Below are positions 38,199 through 41,201 of a stretch of DNA of 41,201 nt, one piece after another. The notes under the pieces were generated by a model. That model was not told the DNA's origin. It ran no database searches and saw only the letters and a list, made by a program, of their open reading frames with translations. The position numbers and the translations under genes were made by a program. Source of the stretch: a bacterium (GTDB taxonomy: Bacteria; Hinthialibacterota; Hinthialibacteria; Hinthialibacterales; Hinthialibacteraceae); contig CAXXSM010000007.1 of NCBI GenBank assembly GCA_963663405.2, positions 1 to 41,201 of the forward strand. Reading direction: 5' to 3'. Numbering within the stretch: position 1 is the stretch's first letter; the number at the start of each line of letters is the position of its first letter.

Positions 38199-40692
38199 TA
38201 AGTATTGATTTGATTCCCGCGGCGTTCCATTTCCAAACGTCCATCTTGAATATCCGGAATTAAAGATTTACCGGAGTTCCCCCATCGTTTCCCTTTGCTC
38301 CATAGTGTTGTTACTTTTGCCGTTGTCGCATTGACTTTTGCACAATAACCTTCAGGATTCGTGATGGGAAAATCGATTACACCGATTCCCGCACCGGCCA
38401 GGGGATGAGTTGTATTCAAATTTTGGGCTTGGACTCTGGCTTTGATAGTGAAATCACCAATAACTTTACGATAGATAATATAATGAGAAATAACCATTGG
38501 TGTGTCACCCGCAATGATCCGGTACTCTTGATTTTGCGGATTATATTCTGCAATGCCCGGTGGTTTTGAATTTCCTGAATCCAGATGATGTTCAAATATC
38601 CCGATAGGTTTCGGAGGTGTGAGAAATTTCAATCCGTCAATTTCAATATTATTGATGCTGCCTTTAAAAATAACATTTTGATTTGCATCCGTTGACGGTA
38701 TTACAACATAACGGATAGGTTCCGGATTAGAGAGAGGTTCCCGCTCCCAGGTAATTTTTTCCATTAATATACATTCCTCCCGGTAAAAGATCTTTTACCG
38801 TCCATCCATCAGGCGTTATTTCTTCTACCCTTACTGGTGAATCATTTCCTTGAATATTGATTGCCACGTCTACCGGTTCACCAGGCAGGTATGTTCTATC
38901 TGAAAACATTCGTTGTCCTGCAACCGGTTTGATTTCTTTTTGTGATGCCAAATCATCCGCTGAGTTGTTTACGTCCAGTGAAACGGATTTTTTTTTATTT
39001 GCAAATCACGAAAATAACCGTTTACCCGTGTCAGCGGCTCATCCGCGCCGGAACTGGCGGTAATCCCTAACAGGACTGTATGGGGCATGGCTAATGGTAA
39101 CGAAGAAAACACATTCCAATGTTTGGTTTGAGGGTCATACCATTCCAAAAGAAAACGATTTTCCAAATGCAGCCGGGTCAGGCGAAACCGGATCGGCTGT
39201 TCATGAAGATTCATGGAAACAAGCGAACCCGAAGTATACTGGGAATGTCCAGTATGAAGCCGGTGATGCATGTTAATCCAGTTCATATTCCCGGGCAGAA
39301 ACAGAAAGACTTGTTTTGATCCGGCATTCGTTGATTCCCGGCACATAAGACCAAGATTGGCCTTGCGTGGAATTTCCGAACCGGTCCATTCCAATGTGGC
39401 TTCAATGGACCAGCTTCCAGTCATTTTTTTGTAGGCAAAAATGATTTCATCCTCCCATTTACAGGCCCCTTTACCGCTTCCCGTGACCGCATATACATCC
39501 CGGCTCTCATCGTATTGAACCTCTCCGCTTACGGTTGGAGAGCCAATCATCGCGGTGTGCGTGAAAATCCCTATCGGTTTTTCTTCGACGCGGGCGAAAG
39601 CGAGAATACCGTGTACGCCGATATAAGAAAGAAGAATTATCAACGACGATAAAGAAATCAGCGCGGACAGGCTTGAGCGGCTGCTGTGGGATGCGGGAAA
39701 CCGTAGTAAATGTTCCACCCGCTTGTAAAGCGAACCCCGGTTAGCGGTCATCGCCAATTGATACTGGGAACGCCGCAGATCTTCGAGTTTCGCCAGGGCT
39801 TCGATGTACTCATACACACCGCCGCATACGTCAGCGGATATTTCATCACAGCATTTTTCCCGCTCCACACGAATTCGATGCGACATCCACCATACAATCG
39901 GATGGTAAAAATAGAGCGTTTCAATGATGGTCTGAATCAGGTTCAATAGATAGTCGTTACGTTTAATATGCGCCAACTCATGAACGATAATGGCTTCCAA
40001 ATGGTTTGGATGCAGTCCGGTCAATACGCTGGCGGGGATCAGTACGGCGGGTTTCATCCAGCCCACCGTCATGGGAACTTTTGCCGCCGCGGATTCCAAA
40101 AACGAAACCGGTTTTTGAATGGAAAGTTTTTCTTGAATTTTCTGAAAGCGCTCTTTGAGACCGTCAACAAAGGGTTTCACGTTTTCAATCTTCAATTTTC
40201 GCAAACCGTACCATCCCATAAGCCGCCGGGCCGACAGGAGCAATACGCCAATGAACCACAAAAGAACATACTGAAAGAGATAGGGCTCCAGGCAGGCGGC
40301 CATGGTGTTGCGCAAGGGATCAATGATCTGTGTCAGCGTGAGGGGCGGTTTTGTACTTTCGATTTGAGTGGAATCCGGTCGTTCGCTGGTTGATGCCGGG
40401 GATTGCCCGGAGGATTGAGGGGCAGCAACATTTGAGATTGCTCCCGCTTCACTTGTTTCATGCGGAATACTGGAAGCCGGTGAGGATATATAAATATAAG
40501 TGAGAACGGGCAAACAAGCCGTCAATACAAATAACGAATAAATTGTAATATAACAGATATTGGCTTTTGGCCGCCGCATAAACAGCAGGAGAATGGCGCA
40601 CACTAGCCCTGCAACAGCGCCTTGCCAGAGGAAGTGGACCAGGACCCAGCCCAGTCTCGTCACCACGGAATTGATAAAGAGAGTCTCAATCA

Positions 40693-41088
40693 TTACAATT
40701 TTCGTTTTGATTTTTTATGTTCGCTGACGAGTTTTTGAATATCGTCCAACTCTTTTTTGGATACCGGATTCATCGAAAGCGCTTTCATCACCATTTGATA
40801 GGTCGATCCCTCAAACGCCCGGTCGAGAACATTTTTTAGCATATGCTGCCGGGTTTGGTCCGCGGATTGCCGGGCCTCGTAGATATGAGCGAACCGGGAT
40901 TCATCCCGCGTTACAAGCCCTTTCTCATACATGATTTGCAAAAGAGTCAAAATCGTGGTTCTTGGCCGGTCCATGTATTTTGCTACCTGTGTCACTGTGC
41001 TTGGCCCGATTCTCCAAAGAACATGAAGAATACCCAATTCCCCCTCTGTTGGTATGAGTGTTTTTGGTTTTTTCATGAAATACTCCAT
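40693..41088 (-). CDS. BlaI/MecI/CopY-family transcriptional repressor
   Basis: PTEGELGILHVLWRIGPSTV...TTILTLLQIMYEKGLVTRDESRFAHIY...FEGS; TAATG overlap with the M56 gene. Confidence 0.95.
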   Translation of the reverse strand: MEYFMKKPKTLIPTEGELGILHVLWRIGPSTVTQVAKYMDRPRTTILTLLQIMYEKGLVTRDESRFAHIYEARQSADQTRQHMLKNVLDRAFEGSTYQMVMKALSMNPVSKKELDDIQKLVSEHKKSKRKL

Positions 41089-41102
41089 GGAACGAAAAGA
41101 AC

Positions 41103-41155
41103 TTAACTAGCATATTAGTCAACTATATTTAACTAAATGCCTTGTCAGGAGTCAA
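41103..41155 (-). promoter_or_regulatory. putative promoter and operator of the blaI-blaR1 operon
   Basis: Minus strand TTGACT (41155-41150)-N17-TTAAAT; imperfect palindrome TTAACTA-GCATAT-TAGTCAA (41103-41122). Confidence 0.5.
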
Positions 41156-41201
41156 GGGGATTTTTTATAATGATGGAAAAATCTAGATTCTTTCAATAAA
41201 A

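Larger units (their letters stand above)
36266..40693 (-). pseudogene. BlaR1-like M56 peptidase sensor with repeated extracellular beta-sandwich domains; two homopolymer frameshifts and an IS1380 insertion
   Basis: LGWVLVHFLWQG, VPMTVGWMKPAVLIP, IVHELAHIKRND, YHPIVWW, EREKCCD. Continues through 38727-38951 and 38189-38764. After removing IS1380, QINTY|YVDLRTNKR...DPVYAGL...EVEF ends at the TAA at 36266. Confidence 0.9.

Overview
AT-rich, heavily IS-invaded accessory region with no rRNA, tRNA or CRISPR seen. Several protein families (prepilin-like gene ending ...SxGPD...SNG, secreted proteins ending ...NWxL[YF], the repeated 'GEIPGGF' domain) resemble, from recollection and not from a search, Candidatus Hinthialibacterota/OLB16-type genomes. 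Left part (1-6.4 kb) looks like a plasmid/ICE-type backbone. It holds an ISKra4 end, a decayed GT4 glycosyltransferase, small hypotheticals, an ssDNA-binding-like protein, an H-NS/MvaT-like winged-helix protein and HU/IHF. It also holds three related non-coding cassettes (promoter-like box, 75-100 nt hairpin RNA with a shared UCCCUU, U8 terminator), the most novel-looking signal here. Next come an 8-PAS hybrid histidine kinase, truncated BlaI and Kelch remnants, a frameshifted ~1590-aa surface metallopeptidase-like protein and a nested IS1/IS1380/IS4 pile-up. A WD40 gene is broken by an ISL3-derived MITE and by IS21, followed by an ISL3, a secreted SnoaL protein and an esterase. A fully delimited two-ORF MULE-like IS (25-bp IRs, 8-bp TSD, A9 -1 frameshift site) follows. 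The window ends with a minus-strand BlaI-BlaR1(M56)-paralogous secreted protein-prepilin operon whose BlaR1 is split by IS1380 (5-bp TSD). Many frameshifts sit in homopolymers, so some pseudogenes may be long-read sequencing errors.
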